Below, one piece after another: positions 34,936-45,711 of a stretch of 64,000 nt of DNA; the first letter of the stretch is position 1; every line of letters begins with the position of its first letter. Both the position numbers and the translations under genes were made by a program. The notes beneath the pieces were generated by a model. It searched no databases and was not told where the DNA came from. It worked only from the letters and a program-made list of their open reading frames with translations. Where the stretch lies: the NCBI GenBank assembly GCA_965226545.1, contig OZ245364.1, positions 2,600,612 to 2,664,611 on the forward strand, in the 5' to 3' direction. Source of the DNA: Candidatus Poriferihabitaceae bacterium (GTDB lineage: Bacteria > Pseudomonadota > Gammaproteobacteria > Arenicellales > Poriferihabitantaceae).

Positions 34936-35565
34936 CTATTTAACACGAATCAAAAACACCGGCGCATCGGTCTGCAAAGTAACTTCGCCAACCCCAACAT
35001 TACTCAACCCAAACGAACTAAGCGGCGCGATGCGTTGCGCCGGAGCAATGGGATATTTGCACGCACCTTGTAACGTCACAGTCGCCGCGCCAATCGCCGC
35101 CAAACTAAACACGCCATCGACATGCAGTCGCCATTCACCGCGCGAGCAACCGATGATTGTATCGTCAAACCGCGCCTTGCATGGCGCGGTGCGCGCCGCC
35201 AAAAAATGATGCACTTCGCCGACATTAAACCATTGATGATCGATGCGCCCGCCGACAAAACCGCACAACACGATTTCATCCAAATTTTCACATTGCGCCA
35301 AACAACGCAACGCAAACGCCAAATCGGAATAATCCTTGTCGGTCGGCAACAGTTGATTTAATTCGCCGTGCGCCGAATCACCGTCGCCAACCGCAAAGCC
35401 GCGCAAGGTCGGCGCATGCGCGCGATGCGCAACGCCGCCGTCCACCCAAATCAACGGTTCATCGGCGGCGCGCAACATCGACGGCTGCACCGTCATCGGC
35501 CCAACCAAGGTCGCGCAACGACGGTTTCGAAATTGATGCAAATAATTTTTAAGATGGGTGCACAT
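34936..35565 (-). CDS. Thiamine diphosphokinase-like protein
   Basis: VGDGDS, DKDYSDL and GGRIDH correspond to the TPK catalytic-domain motifs (GDxDS, KDxTD, GGRxDH). Confidence 0.55.
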   Translation of the reverse strand: MCTHLKNYLHQFRNRRCATLVGPMTVQPSMLRAADEPLIWVDGGVAHRAHAPTLRGFAVGDGDSAHGELNQLLPTDKDYSDLAFALRCLAQCENLDEIVLCGFVGGRIDHQWFNVGEVHHFLAARTAPCKARFDDTIIGCSRGEWRLHVDGVFSLAAIGAATVTLQGACKYPIAPAQRIAPLSSFGLSNVGVGEVTLQTDAPVFLIRVK

Positions 35566-35790
35566 TGGTTACGCAATCAAATCGCATTGGTCAAACAAAA
35601 GCGTCACAACGACGTTATAAAATAGTACAACAACATTCGCACAATAAAACCAATCGCAATGCGAAGTGATGAACAAAGACGGCATAAACAAAATGAATAA
35701 CCAAGATGCGTCGATAAAGGCGGCGCGGCGTATAATGACGGCGCGTCCGGTTGGGCGCATTGCATTGATTGGAACTCGATAACACCGACG

Positions 35791-37083
35791 ATGGTTAAGA
35801 TTTTTAAGTTGCGCCGCCCGCTCAAAATACAAATTACCAAAAAAAATTTGCCGGCGGTAATTTTGTTGGCCGCAGCGCTGATTTTTATCGGCTTGCGACT
35901 GACCGCGCCGGCGGTCGAACCGTTGCGCACCACCGCGCGCGCACCGGGCGTGGCCGTGCAGATTGTCGAAATCGTTGCGGCACAGCCGACCGTGCAATTG
36001 TTTGGCGAAGTCGAAACGCCGAGCATGAGTTTGTTGTCGGCCGCGATTGACGCCGAAGTGCTGGCGGTCAATGCGCTCGAAGGCGATGCGGTGGCGCGCG
36101 GCGCGGAATTAATCGCGCTCGACGACGCCGATGTCGCGCTCGAGGTTGCGCAACGCAACGCCGAGTTGGCGCAAATTATTGCGCAAATCGAAAACGACCA
36201 AATCAAACTGCGCGCCGACCAAGCCGCGTTGACCGCCGAACAAGCGCTGTTGGAATTGGCGCGCACTTCGGTGGCGCGCGCCGAACAGTTGGCGCAAACC
36301 AATGTCGGCACGCAGGACGCGCTCGACCAATCGCGCCGCGAACAACAACGTCAACTGCTGGCCGTGGCCGCGCGTCGACAGGCGGTGGACGGATTCGAAT
36401 CGCTGTCGCAACAACGCTTCGCCGCGCGGCAAGGCGCCGAAGCCGCATTGGCGCGCGCCGAACGCGACTTGATGCGCGCGCGCATTCGCGCGCCGTTTGA
36501 CGCGCGCATCACCGAAGTGCTGGCCGCACGCGGCATGCGCGCGCGACGCGGCGACGGTTTGATTCGCCTGTACGATGAATCGAAACTCGAACTGCGCGCA
36601 CAAATGCCGTCCAACCAATTGGCGACGCTGCAAGCCGCGCTGGCAAACGGACGCACGGTGCGCGCAACCGCGTCAACCGCGCCCGAGGCCAAGCGCATCG
36701 AGTTAATCTTGACGCGGTTGTCGGGCAACATCGGCGCCGGGCAATCCGGCGTGGATGGATTCTTTCGCGCCGCCGGGCGCGACCGTCTGCCGTTGCCGGG
36801 GCGCACAATGGAGGTGGCGTTGACATTGCCGCCGTTGACCGATGTTGTGTTGTTGCCGCCCGATGCGTTGTACGGCAACGCGCGCGTTTATCGAGTGCGC
36901 GCCGACGGTTTGCGCGGCGTTGCGGTCAAGCAACTCGGGCGACGCATCGATGCCGACGGGCGGTTGTGGTTGATTGTGCAAAGCGATTTGTTGCAGGACG
37001 GCGACCAAATTTTAAGTTCGCGCCTGCCGCAAGCCATCGACGGCATTTTGGTGCGCGTGATTGAAAAAAACCGCGCCGATTAA
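35791..37083 (+). CDS. RND efflux periplasmic adaptor (HlyD/MFP family)
   Basis: N-terminal TM anchor, a long Ala/Gln/Arg coiled-coil hairpin, IRAPFDARITEV, and a position upstream of an RND pump. Confidence 0.75.
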   Translation: MVKIFKLRRPLKIQITKKNLPAVILLAAALIFIGLRLTAPAVEPLRTTARAPGVAVQIVEIVAAQPTVQLFGEVETPSMSLLSAAIDAEVLAVNALEGDAVARGAELIALDDADVALEVAQRNAELAQIIAQIENDQIKLRADQAALTAEQALLELARTSVARAEQLAQTNVGTQDALDQSRREQQRQLLAVAARRQAVDGFESLSQQRFAARQGAEAALARAERDLMRARIRAPFDARITEVLAARGMRARRGDGLIRLYDESKLELRAQMPSNQLATLQAALANGRTVRATASTAPEAKRIELILTRLSGNIGAGQSGVDGFFRAAGRDRLPLPGRTMEVALTLPPLTDVVLLPPDALYGNARVYRVRADGLRGVAVKQLGRRIDADGRLWLIVQSDLLQDGDQILSSRLPQAIDGILVRVIEKNRAD

Positions 37084-37087
37084 TCGC

Positions 37088-40000
37088 ATGCAACCCGCCG
37101 CGCGCGCCAATCCGATTGAGTTGTTTTGCAATCATCCGGTTGCCGCCAATTTGTTGATGGTGATGATGCTGCTGGCCGGCTTTTGGAGCGTCAAACAACT
37201 CAACACCCAATTCTTCCCGACCTTCGACATTAACTATGTCAGCGTAACCACCGTGTGGAGCGGCGCAAGCGCATCCGACATGGAGGAGTTGGTGACCACC
37301 GCGCTCGAACAACAATTGCGCGATGTCGATTATGTTAAGGAAATCACTTCGACTTCCTCCGAAAGCGCATCGGTGATAACGCTCGAGTTCGAGGAAAACG
37401 CCGACATGAGTTTGGCGGTTGCGCAAGTGAAAGAGCGCGTGGATTTAACCCGCAATCTGCCAAGCGGCAGTGATACGCCCGAAGTCGCCAAGGCCGTCAA
37501 CTACGAAGGCATTACCCGATTGTTGGTGACCGGCGGCGCGGATTTAATGCAACTGCGCGCCTTGGTTAATCGTTTCGAAGCCGAATTGCTCGAGCGCGGC
37601 ATCGCCAAAATTTTCATCACCGGTTTGCCGGCGCAACAAATCGCGATAGAAATACCGTCGCGCGAATTGCGTCGATTGCGCTTGTCGCTCGACGACATCG
37701 GCGCGCGCATCAGTCAATGGTCGAGGGATGCGCCGTTGGGCGTGGTTGGGCGCGCGCAAACTTCGCGGCAACTTCGATTCCGCGAACGTCGCACCGATGA
37801 ACTGGCGTTCGAATCAGTGCCGATTGTCGCCGAAGCGCAAGGGCGGCTGATTGCGCTCGGCGCCATCGCCGAGATACAACGCAAGCCGCGCGACGGACAA
37901 GTGGCGATTTGGCATCGCAACCAACCGGCCGTCGAGATGTCGCTCAATCGCAGCGCCAACAGCGACAGTTTAAAAGCCGCGCGGATATTCGCCGATTGGC
38001 TGGCTGATACGCGCCCAACCTTGCCCGAAGGCGTCGAGTTGATTCCCTTCGACGGCTCTTGGGAATTGCTCGCCGACCGCATTGCGTTGTTGGTCAAAAA
38101 CGGCTTGAGCGGATTGGCATTGGTGGTGTTGGTGTTGTTTGTGTTTATGACCGGACGCGTCGCTTGGTGGACTGCCGTCGGCATTCCGGTGTCGTTTATG
38201 GCCGCGTTGGCGGTGTTTTATTTAATCGGCGGCTCGATTAATATGATCAGTTTGTTCGGCTTAATTATGGCGCTCGGCATCATCGTCGACGACGCCATCG
38301 TGGTCGGCGAAGAGGCGATGAGCAATTATGAAAGCGGCGGCGATGCGCAGGTCGCCGCGCAACACGCGGCACAGCGGATGTTGCCGCCGGTGTTTTCATC
38401 ATCGTTGACCACCATCTCGGCGTTTATGCCGCTGTTGTTGGTCGGCGGAATCATCGGCGCGATTATGCAGGCGATTCCGACGGTGGTGATTTGCGTGATT
38501 ATCGCCTCGTTAATCGAATGCTTTTTGATTTTGCCCGGGCACTTAACCCATTCGTTTCGACGCATGGGCGAATATCGCCCCGGACGATTGCGGCGACGGT
38601 TGGACGGCGCCTTTGTGCATTTTCGCGAACGCCATTTTCGCCGCTGGGTTACGACGGCGGTCACGCATCGCTGGAGCACCTTGGCCGCGGCGATGGCTTT
38701 GATGATTGTAACCTTCGGCTGGCTCGGCAGCGGACGCATCAATTTTGAATTCTTCCCGACCGCCGAAGCCGACCGTCTGTACGCCAATGTCGGCTTTGTC
38801 GCCGGCACGCCGCGCGCACAAGTGCGCGATTATTTGGATGAAATCGAACGCGCGTTACTCGAAGTCGAAACCGAAATGGGCGAACCGTTGATTCGCACAA
38901 TCATCAGCCGCGTCGGTGAAGTCGAAGGCGAAGGAAGTGGCGCGCGCGGCGATCATTTTGGCGGCGTGCGCGCCGAATTAACCGACCCCGACCGTCGCAC
39001 AACGCGCAACCGCGACATTATCCAAGCGTGGCGCAACAAACTGCCGGAGCGCGCCGGACTGGAAAGTTTGACGGTCATCGAGCCGCGCGCCGGGCCGCCG
39101 GGGCGCGACATCGACCTGCGCATCGAAGGCGACGACATCTTCATCGTCAAACGCGCCGCGCAACAACTGCAGAACATTCTCAACGACATCCCCGGGGTCA
39201 GCGGCATCGGCGACGATGCGCCGTTTGGACGCGAGCAGATGGTGTTGGAATTGACGCCGACGGCGCAGGCGCTCGGCTTGCGCACCGACAATGTTGCGCG
39301 CCAATTGCGCGCGGCCTTCGACGGCGTGTTGGTGCAGGAATTATCCGACGGCAAGGACGACATCGAAGTGCGCCTGATGTTGCCGGCGCGCGAACGCAAT
39401 GCAAGCGGCGGGTTGAACAATGTGTCGATAGTGTTGCCGAACGGCGGCGTCGAACCCATCGTCAACTTGGCGACGATTCGCGGCGAACGCGGCTTCGAAT
39501 CGATTCGCCATTCCGACGGCAACTTGGCGATTAGCGTCACCGCCGGCGTCGACCCGGCGGTCAACAACAGCAACCGCATCCGCGCCGAACTCGAAGCCGA
39601 AGTGCTGCCGCAACTTGCCGCCGAATACGGCGTGCGGTTTGCATTCGGCGGACGACAAGCCGACCAAGCCGAAACCTTGGGCGACATGCAACTCGGGATG
39701 TTGTTGGCGTTGGTGCTGATTTATTTGGTGCTGGCCTGGGTGTTTGGCGGCTATGGCTGGCCGTTGGTGGTGATGTTCATCATTCCGTTTGGCATCATCG
39801 GCGCATTGTGGGGGCATGTCGTGATGGGGCAGGACATCACCGTGTTGTCGCTGTTTGGATTCTTTGCGCTGTCCGGCATCGTCATCAACGATTCGATTAT
39901 TTTGGTGGTGCGGTATCAACAATTGCGCGCACAAGGTATGCCGATTATCGATGCGGTGATTGAAGCGGCTTGCATGCGGTTGCGCGCCGTGTTGCTCACT

Positions 40001-40273
40001 TCGCTGACCACGATTGGCGGGTTGACTCCGTTGTTGTTTGAGACTTCGTTGCAAGCGCAGTTTTTAATCCCGATGGCGACCACCTTGGCGTTTGGCTTGG
40101 GGTTTGCAACCGCGCTGGTGTTGTTGGTGATTCCGGCGTTGTTGTTGATTTATGAAAATGCGCAACTGCACATACGCCAACGAATTGATAAACGAATGCA
40201 CGCCGCACCGGTGGCGCAAATGCGCAACAACGAGTCGCACGTACACACAAATAAATCGCCGCGCGACGCTTGA
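37088..40273 (+). CDS. RND efflux transporter (AcrB/AcrD/AcrF family)
   Basis: About 1060 aa with 12 TM helices and two large periplasmic loops. Duplicated GIIVDDAIVVGE and GIVINDSIILV motifs. Confidence 0.85.
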   Translation: MQPAARANPIELFCNHPVAANLLMVMMLLAGFWSVKQLNTQFFPTFDINYVSVTTVWSGASASDMEELVTTALEQQLRDVDYVKEITSTSSESASVITLEFEENADMSLAVAQVKERVDLTRNLPSGSDTPEVAKAVNYEGITRLLVTGGADLMQLRALVNRFEAELLERGIAKIFITGLPAQQIAIEIPSRELRRLRLSLDDIGARISQWSRDAPLGVVGRAQTSRQLRFRERRTDELAFESVPIVAEAQGRLIALGAIAEIQRKPRDGQVAIWHRNQPAVEMSLNRSANSDSLKAARIFADWLADTRPTLPEGVELIPFDGSWELLADRIALLVKNGLSGLALVVLVLFVFMTGRVAWWTAVGIPVSFMAALAVFYLIGGSINMISLFGLIMALGIIVDDAIVVGEEAMSNYESGGDAQVAAQHAAQRMLPPVFSSSLTTISAFMPLLLVGGIIGAIMQAIPTVVICVIIASLIECFLILPGHLTHSFRRMGEYRPGRLRRRLDGAFVHFRERHFRRWVTTAVTHRWSTLAAAMALMIVTFGWLGSGRINFEFFPTAEADRLYANVGFVAGTPRAQVRDYLDEIERALLEVETEMGEPLIRTIISRVGEVEGEGSGARGDHFGGVRAELTDPDRRTTRNRDIIQAWRNKLPERAGLESLTVIEPRAGPPGRDIDLRIEGDDIFIVKRAAQQLQNILNDIPGVSGIGDDAPFGREQMVLELTPTAQALGLRTDNVARQLRAAFDGVLVQELSDGKDDIEVRLMLPARERNASGGLNNVSIVLPNGGVEPIVNLATIRGERGFESIRHSDGNLAISVTAGVDPAVNNSNRIRAELEAEVLPQLAAEYGVRFAFGGRQADQAETLGDMQLGMLLALVLIYLVLAWVFGGYGWPLVVMFIIPFGIIGALWGHVVMGQDITVLSLFGFFALSGIVINDSIILVVRYQQLRAQGMPIIDAVIEAACMRLRAVLLTSLTTIGGLTPLLFETSLQAQFLIPMATTLAFGLGFATALVLLVIPALLLIYENAQLHIRQRIDKRMHAAPVAQMRNNESHVHTNKSPRDA

Positions 40274-40277
40274 CACG

Positions 40278-40299
40278 CCGCAACGGTTGCGGTTATTTT
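40278..40299 (+). terminator. Hairpin plus T-run after the RND gene
   Basis: ccgcaa cgg ttgcgg ttatttt. Confidence 0.5.
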
Positions 40300-40305
40300 G
40301 CGCTT

Positions 40306-40333
40306 GGGGTTGCGAACAACCCCACACCTTTTT
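40306..40333 (+). terminator. Second hairpin plus T-run
   Basis: ggggttg cgaa caacccc acaccttttt. Confidence 0.55.
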
Positions 40334-40334
40334 C

Positions 40335-40560
40335 AGGTGCCCGCCAATCCATTCGGGTTGTCGGGTGAAACGGGAAGCCGGTGCGTTGGCATTAATATCG
40401 ATGCCCACCATCCCGGCGCTGCCCCCGCAACGGTAAATGAGGCGCAAGTTGCTCATCGCCACTGTATCTAATAAGCACGATACGGGAAGGCGCAAATTGC
40501 CGTGTGTCGCAACTTAACGGTTGCCGTACACAACTCATGAGCCCGGAGACCGGCCTGAAT
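40335..40560 (+). promoter_or_regulatory. Cobalamin (AdoCbl) riboswitch
   Basis: Conserved elements ggtgaaacgggaagccggtg, gcccccgcaacggtaa, gccactg and gggaaggc, plus the B12 box gagcccggagaccggcc at 40539-40556. It lies directly upstream of btuB. Confidence 0.85.
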
Positions 40561-40625
40561 CATTCTTGCGATTGACAGGGGAAATCGCAAAACACTTCGT
40601 TGCGCGGGTGCGCGTGGAGGTTGTG

Positions 40626-42509
40626 ATGATTCATCCTTTCTTGCCGGCGCGCGCCGGCGCCTTGGTTGCACTGTCAACCGCACTGTTGTTTACCTTGTTT
40701 TCATCGTTGCTGTTCTCGCCCGGCGCCGCTGCGCAATATTTTGACGACGGGCGATTGACGATTTTAATTACGCCGTCGAGATTTGCCGAAACCGCCGATG
40801 AAACATTGGCGCCGGTGTCGGTGATAACGCGCGAACAAATCGAAAGCAGTCAAGCCGACACGGTCGAGGAAGTGTTGCGCACTGTGCCCGGCGTGGCCTT
40901 TGGCAACAACGGCGGCGTCGGCAAGGCGACTTCGTTGTTTTTGCGCGGCGCCAATTCGAATCATGTGTTGGTGTTGATTGACGGCGTAAAAATCGGCAGC
41001 GCCACCACCGGCTTGGCGCCGTTTGGATTGTTGCCGCTCGACCAAATCGAACGCATCGAAGTGGTGCGCGGGCCGCGTTCGAGTTTATACGGCTCGGAAG
41101 CCATCGGCGGCGTTGTGCAAATTTTCACGCGCAAAGGACAGGGCGAAACGCGCCGACAATTCGCCGCAAGCGCCGGTTCGCACAACAGCGTCAAAGCCAA
41201 CGCCGGCGCAAGCGGCGGCGGCGATGCCGGTTGGTTTAATGTCAGCGTATCGCATCATTCGACCGACGGTTATGACGCTTGCTTAACCTCAAGTTGCGGC
41301 TTCGACAAAACGCCGGACGATGACGGTTATGACAATCAGGCGGTTTCCTTGCGCGGCGGTTGGAATATAAACGACGACTTGCGTCTCGAAGCCAACCTGC
41401 TTAATTCGCAAAGTGAAAACGATTACGACGCCAGTTACTACACCCCAAGTTTCACGCAAGTGTTTGTCGAAGATGCGGTGCAGGAACACACGCTCGAGGT
41501 GCTCGACTTGCGCGCCAATTGGCGCAATGCGCGCGGTGAATCTTCATTGTCGGTCAGCCGCTCGGAGGATGATTCGGAAAACCTTTATAACGGCGAACGC
41601 AACAGCGCGTTTAACACCGTGCGCAATCAACTGGGCGCACAACACGCAATGCAAATCGGCGCAGCCAACAAAATCATCGGCGGCATCGACCACTTGACCG
41701 ATAAAATCGACGGCACCACCGTATACAGCGTAACCGAACGCGACAACACCGGGGTGTATGCGTTGTATCGGCGGCAAGGCAAAATAAACGATTGGGAAAT
41801 TTCGTTGCGCAACGACGACAACGAGCAATTCGGCAACCACGCCACCGGCAGCGTCGCTTGGGGGTTTGGCTCGCTGGACGGCGGGCGATTGTCGGCTTCC
41901 TACGGCACCGGCTTTCAAGCGCCGACGCTGCATAATTTGTATGCGCCGAGTTACAGCAACCCCGACCTCGAGCCGGAGGAATCCAAAAGCGTCGACATCG
42001 GCTTTGCCTACGCCGACCAAAACTCGAGCGCGTCGATAAACTTTTTTCACACCACCATCACCGGTTTGTTGGTGTACCCGGCGCCGAATTTCATTCCGAT
42101 GAATGTGCAAACCGCCAAAATCACCGGGGTTGAGTTGTCGATGCAACAACGACTCGGGCCGTGGCAATGGGGCGCGAATTTCACTTTGCTTAATCCGCAA
42201 AACGAAGACAGCAATACACAGTTATTGCGCCGCCCAAAATCGATGGTTAATTTTGACGTCGTGCGCGCGTTTGGCAACTCGAGTGTCGGTGCGTCATTAA
42301 ACGCGCACGGCAAGTCGCCGGATTTTGGCGCGGTGTTGGACAGTTATCACATCGTCAATCTGCGCGGTGAAACGCGCCTAAGCGACGGTTGGCAAGGCGA
42401 GTTCATCATCAAAAATTTGTTTGACGAAGCGTATGAAACCGCCGCCGGCTATCCGCAAGACGGGCGCAACTACCTGTTCACCCTGCGTTACAAACCGATA
42501 CCGCAATGA
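40626..42509 (+). CDS. btuB: TonB-dependent vitamin B12 outer-membrane receptor
   Basis: Start at [11 protein letters not shown], after GGAGG. Signal peptide, plug segment [15 protein letters not shown], a beta-barrel body and the terminal ...YLFTLRYKP. The gene is riboswitch-controlled. Confidence 0.8.
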   Translation: MIHPFLPARAGALVALSTALLFTLFSSLLFSPGAAAQYFDDGRLTILITPSRFAETADETLAPVSVITREQIESSQADTVEEVLRTVPGVAFGNNGGVGKATSLFLRGANSNHVLVLIDGVKIGSATTGLAPFGLLPLDQIERIEVVRGPRSSLYGSEAIGGVVQIFTRKGQGETRRQFAASAGSHNSVKANAGASGGGDAGWFNVSVSHHSTDGYDACLTSSCGFDKTPDDDGYDNQAVSLRGGWNINDDLRLEANLLNSQSENDYDASYYTPSFTQVFVEDAVQEHTLEVLDLRANWRNARGESSLSVSRSEDDSENLYNGERNSAFNTVRNQLGAQHAMQIGAANKIIGGIDHLTDKIDGTTVYSVTERDNTGVYALYRRQGKINDWEISLRNDDNEQFGNHATGSVAWGFGSLDGGRLSASYGTGFQAPTLHNLYAPSYSNPDLEPEESKSVDIGFAYADQNSSASINFFHTTITGLLVYPAPNFIPMNVQTAKITGVELSMQQRLGPWQWGANFTLLNPQNEDSNTQLLRRPKSMVNFDVVRAFGNSSVGASLNAHGKSPDFGAVLDSYHIVNLRGETRLSDGWQGEFIIKNLFDEAYETAAGYPQDGRNYLFTLRYKPIPQ

Positions 42510-44056
42510 CGCAAACGTTAATGGTGCAGGGATGCACCTCAGACGCCGGCAAATCGATGTTGGTCGCCGCACTCGGGCGGGTGTTGGCGCGCAAGGGCGT
42601 GTCGGTTGCGCCTTGCAAGCCGCAGAACATGTCGCTCAACAGCGCACCGGCAGCGAACGGCGGCGAGATTGGGCGCGCGCAACATCTGCAGGCGCAAGCC
42701 TGTCGAGTTGCGCCGCACACCGACATGAATCCGGTGCTGCTCAAACCAACCGACGACCGCAATGCGCAGGTGATTATTCACGGTCGCGCGTTGGCGCAAA
42801 TGCATGCGCGCGAATTTCACGACTATAAAAAAATCGCGCAACGCGCAACGCTCGAATCGCATGCGCGATTGGCGCGTCGCCATCAAGTTGTGCTGGTCGA
42901 AGGCGCCGGCAGCCCGGCCGAGATTAACCTGCGCGACGGCGACATCGCCAACATGGGCTTTGCCGAAGCGGTCGATTGCAATGTTGTGCTCATCGCCGAC
43001 ATCGACCGCGGCGGCGTGTTTGCGCAGATTGTCGGCACCTTGGCGTTGTTGTCCGAATCCGAACGCGCGCGCATCATCGGCGTGGTCATCAATAAATTTC
43101 GCGGCGATATAACGCTGCTGAACCCCGGCTTGGATTCAATAACGCGCATCACCGGCAAGCCGGTACTCGGCGTGTTGCCGTATTTGCCGGCGTTGGAATT
43201 GGACGCCGAAGACGCCATCGACACCGCCCAACAATTCGATGCGCACGCCGCGCAAACCTTAACCGTCGCCGTGCCGGTGTTGGCGCACATCAGCAATCAC
43301 ACCGACTTCGATGCGTTGCGCGCCCATCCGCAAATCGACTTGCACTATGTTGCGCCCAGTTGCCACGCATCGATTCCGCCGTGCGATTTAATCATCCTGC
43401 CCGGCAGCAAAAACGTGCGCGCCGACCTTGCGCAATTGCGCGAACACGGACGCGATGCGGAGATTGCGCGACACTTGCGTTATGGCGGCAAACTGCTCGG
43501 CATTTGCGGCGGCTATCAAATGCTCGGGCGATGCATAAACGACCAACACGGCATCGAAGGCAAACGCGGCGCATCCGACGGCTTGGGGTTGTTGGACATC
43601 ACCACCGAATTGACCGCGCATAAAAACGTGCGCGAAGTGCGCGGTACATTAACCCTCGACAATGCGCGCGCGCACGGTTATTTCATTCATTGCGGACGCA
43701 CCATGCGCAACGATGATTGCGCGCCGTTGTTGCACATCGACGGTGACGGTGATGTTGACAACAGTGGTGACAGTGAAAGTAACAGTGACAGTGTAAGTGT
43801 CGATAACAGCGGCAGCGGCAACGGCAACGACGGCATCGTAAGTGGCGACCAACAAATCATCGGCACTTATCTGCACGGCATATTCGACCACCCGCCGGCA
43901 TGCACGGCGTTATTGCATTGGGCCGGATTAACCGATGCACAATCCATCGACCGCAATGCAACCCGCGAAACGCAACTCGACCGATTGGCTGATTGCGTCT
44001 CCGCGCACTTGGATTGCGATGCATTGTTTGCCGAAAGTTTACAAAACGTCGCGTGA
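42506..44056 (+). CDS. cobQ: Cobyric acid synthase with a low-complexity insertion in the amidotransferase half
   Basis: [31 protein letters not shown]...[26 protein letters not shown]. The insertion is [35 protein letters not shown] overlap with btuB. Confidence 0.85.
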   Translation: MTQTLMVQGCTSDAGKSMLVAALGRVLARKGVSVAPCKPQNMSLNSAPAANGGEIGRAQHLQAQACRVAPHTDMNPVLLKPTDDRNAQVIIHGRALAQMHAREFHDYKKIAQRATLESHARLARRHQVVLVEGAGSPAEINLRDGDIANMGFAEAVDCNVVLIADIDRGGVFAQIVGTLALLSESERARIIGVVINKFRGDITLLNPGLDSITRITGKPVLGVLPYLPALELDAEDAIDTAQQFDAHAAQTLTVAVPVLAHISNHTDFDALRAHPQIDLHYVAPSCHASIPPCDLIILPGSKNVRADLAQLREHGRDAEIARHLRYGGKLLGICGGYQMLGRCINDQHGIEGKRGASDGLGLLDITTELTAHKNVREVRGTLTLDNARAHGYFIHCGRTMRNDDCAPLLHIDGDGDVDNSGDSESNSDSVSVDNSGSGNGNDGIVSGDQQIIGTYLHGIFDHPPACTALLHWAGLTDAQSIDRNATRETQLDRLADCVSAHLDCDALFAESLQNVA

Positions 44057-44088
44057 AACTTCGAATGCAACTTCGAATGAAGTGTCAA

Positions 44089-45144
44089 ATGAAACCTCGA
44101 ATACATCGTCGAATACACCGTCGCACAATTTGCGCGTTGAAGTCGACATCGTCATCGGCGACGGTGTTGACGTTGGCATCGACATCGACATCAACGTCAA
44201 CGTCAACGTCAACATCGAAGTTAACGTCAACGTTGGCGTTGCTATTAACGTTGACGTTAACGTTGCCATTGTCACTCGCACCCAACACCGCGAATGCCGA
44301 GATAACCGTGGTCGACGATTTTGACCGCAACGTCACCTTGCCAACTCACGCCGAACGAATTTTAAGTTTAGGCCCCCACATCACCGAAAATTTATTTTCC
44401 GCCGGCGCCGGCGATAAAATCATCGGCGTAACCGCGCACAGCGATTATCCGCCGGCGGCAAACAACATCCAATCGATTGGCTCCGCCTATGCCGGCATTA
44501 ACTTGGAGGCGGTGTTGTCGCTCAAGCCGGATTTCATCGTCGCGTGGCAAACCGCCGGCAATCGCGATTCGCTTGCGAAGTTAATCGAATGGGGGTTTGT
44601 GTTGTATTACTCCGAGCCGCGCACCTTCGACGACATCATCGACAACATCCGCGACTTTGCCAAACTCGCCGGTACGCAGAATCGAATCGACCCGTCGCCG
44701 CAGGCGTTGCGCGATGAACTTGCAAGTTTGCGCGAACAATTTTCGCAACGCGAAACGATGCGCGTGTTTTATCAAATTTGGCGCGAACCGTTGATTACCT
44801 TAAACGGCGCGCATTACATCAGCCGCGCGCTCGAACTGTGCGGCGCGCGCAATGTCTTCGCCAAGTTGCCGATGATTGCGCCGCGCGTCAGCGTCGAAGC
44901 GGTGCTGGATGCCGCGCCGGACATCATCATCGCCGGACGCGGCGACGGCTGGACTGTCGACACCGCCTTGTGGCGCAAATGGCAATCGTTGCCGGCGGTG
45001 CGCTACGACGGCTTGCTGGCGGTCGACGGCGCGCGCATGCATCGCCACACCGCGCGAATGATTACCGGCATCCGCGCGATGTGCGAACAAATCGATGCGG
45101 TGCGGCGGGTGAAACTTGCGCAAGCGGAAGTGGAGGGAAAGTGA
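44089..45144 (+). CDS. btuF: Periplasmic cobalamin-binding protein (BtuF-like, class 8 SBP); start uncertain
   Basis: The mature part, AEITVVDDFDRNVTLPTHAERILSLGPHITENLFSAGAGDKIIGV...LKPDFIVAW, is BtuF/FhuD-like. The N-terminal approximately 65 aa are encoded by the hexamer repeat, and in-frame ATGs occur at 43993, 44065, 44077 and 44089. Confidence 0.65.
   Translation: MKPRIHRRIHRRTICALKSTSSSATVLTLASTSTSTSTSTSTSKLTSTLALLLTLTLTLPLSLAPNTANAEITVVDDFDRNVTLPTHAERILSLGPHITENLFSAGAGDKIIGVTAHSDYPPAANNIQSIGSAYAGINLEAVLSLKPDFIVAWQTAGNRDSLAKLIEWGFVLYYSEPRTFDDIIDNIRDFAKLAGTQNRIDPSPQALRDELASLREQFSQRETMRVFYQIWREPLITLNGAHYISRALELCGARNVFAKLPMIAPRVSVEAVLDAAPDIIIAGRGDGWTVDTALWRKWQSLPAVRYDGLLAVDGARMHRHTARMITGIRAMCEQIDAVRRVKLAQAEVEGK
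44143..44272 (+). repeat. About 22 tandem in-frame hexamers of consensus RTYRRC (gtcgac, gttgac, gtcaac, gttaac, atcgac...)
   Basis: gtcgacatcgtcatcggcgacggtgttgacgttggcatcgacatcgacatcaacgtcaacgtcaacgtcaacatcgaagttaacgtcaacgttggcgttgctattaacgttgacgttaacgttgcc. Confidence 0.9.
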
Positions 45145-45285
45145 AGTGAAGTGAAGTGAAAATAAAAGTAACAATAAAATGAAAAGTAACAGTGCAAGTG
45201 CGAACGACAACAAACAAAACTAAAAACTAAATAACAAATAATGAATAATAAATAATAAAAATACACAATCCACAAACCCGCCGCG

Positions 45286-45711
45286 TTAATTCAACTCGGC
45301 AAATTGACGACCAATCGCCTTTAACTTGTTGACCATATTGACCAAGCCGTTGGCGCGCGTCGATGACAAATGTTGACGCAAGCCGATGGTGTCGATGAAA
45401 TACAACTCGGCGTTGGCGACCGCATTGGGTTGTTGCCCGGCCAACACGCGAATCAACAAGGCGATGATGCCTTTGGTAATCACCGCGTCGCTGTCGGCGG
45501 AAAACGCAATCGCGCCGTTATGCAACTCGGCATGCAGCCACACGCGGCTTTGGCAGCCGGGGATTAAATGCGCGTCGGTTTTAAATTGCGATTCAATCAT
45601 CGGCAAATTTTTGCCGAGTTCAATCAAATATTCGTATTTGTCCATCCATTGGTCGAAGCAGGCAAACTCATCGATGATTTTGTCCTGCACTTGATTGATG
45701 TCCATCGACAT
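45286..45711 (-). CDS. sufE: Cysteine desulfuration (sulfur acceptor) protein SufE/CsdE
   Basis: KYEYLIELGKNLP...LIPGCQSRVWL...DSDAVITKGIIALL. Confidence 0.85.
   Translation of the reverse strand: MSMDINQVQDKIIDEFACFDQWMDKYEYLIELGKNLPMIESQFKTDAHLIPGCQSRVWLHAELHNGAIAFSADSDAVITKGIIALLIRVLAGQQPNAVANAELYFIDTIGLRQHLSSTRANGLVNMVNKLKAIGRQFAELN

Noticed and set aside
40064-40495. A 143-aa minus-strand ORF across the RND 3' end and the riboswitch region.
   Set aside because: It overlaps two terminator hairpins and the conserved cobalamin riboswitch core, and it has no protein-like features.
44143-44272. CRISPR arrays in the periodic repeat blocks (also checked at 1961-2067, 24446-24515 and 58132-58505).
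   Set aside because: Periods are 5-12 nt with no unique spacers of about 30 nt between 25-40 nt repeats, and no cas genes are present in the window.
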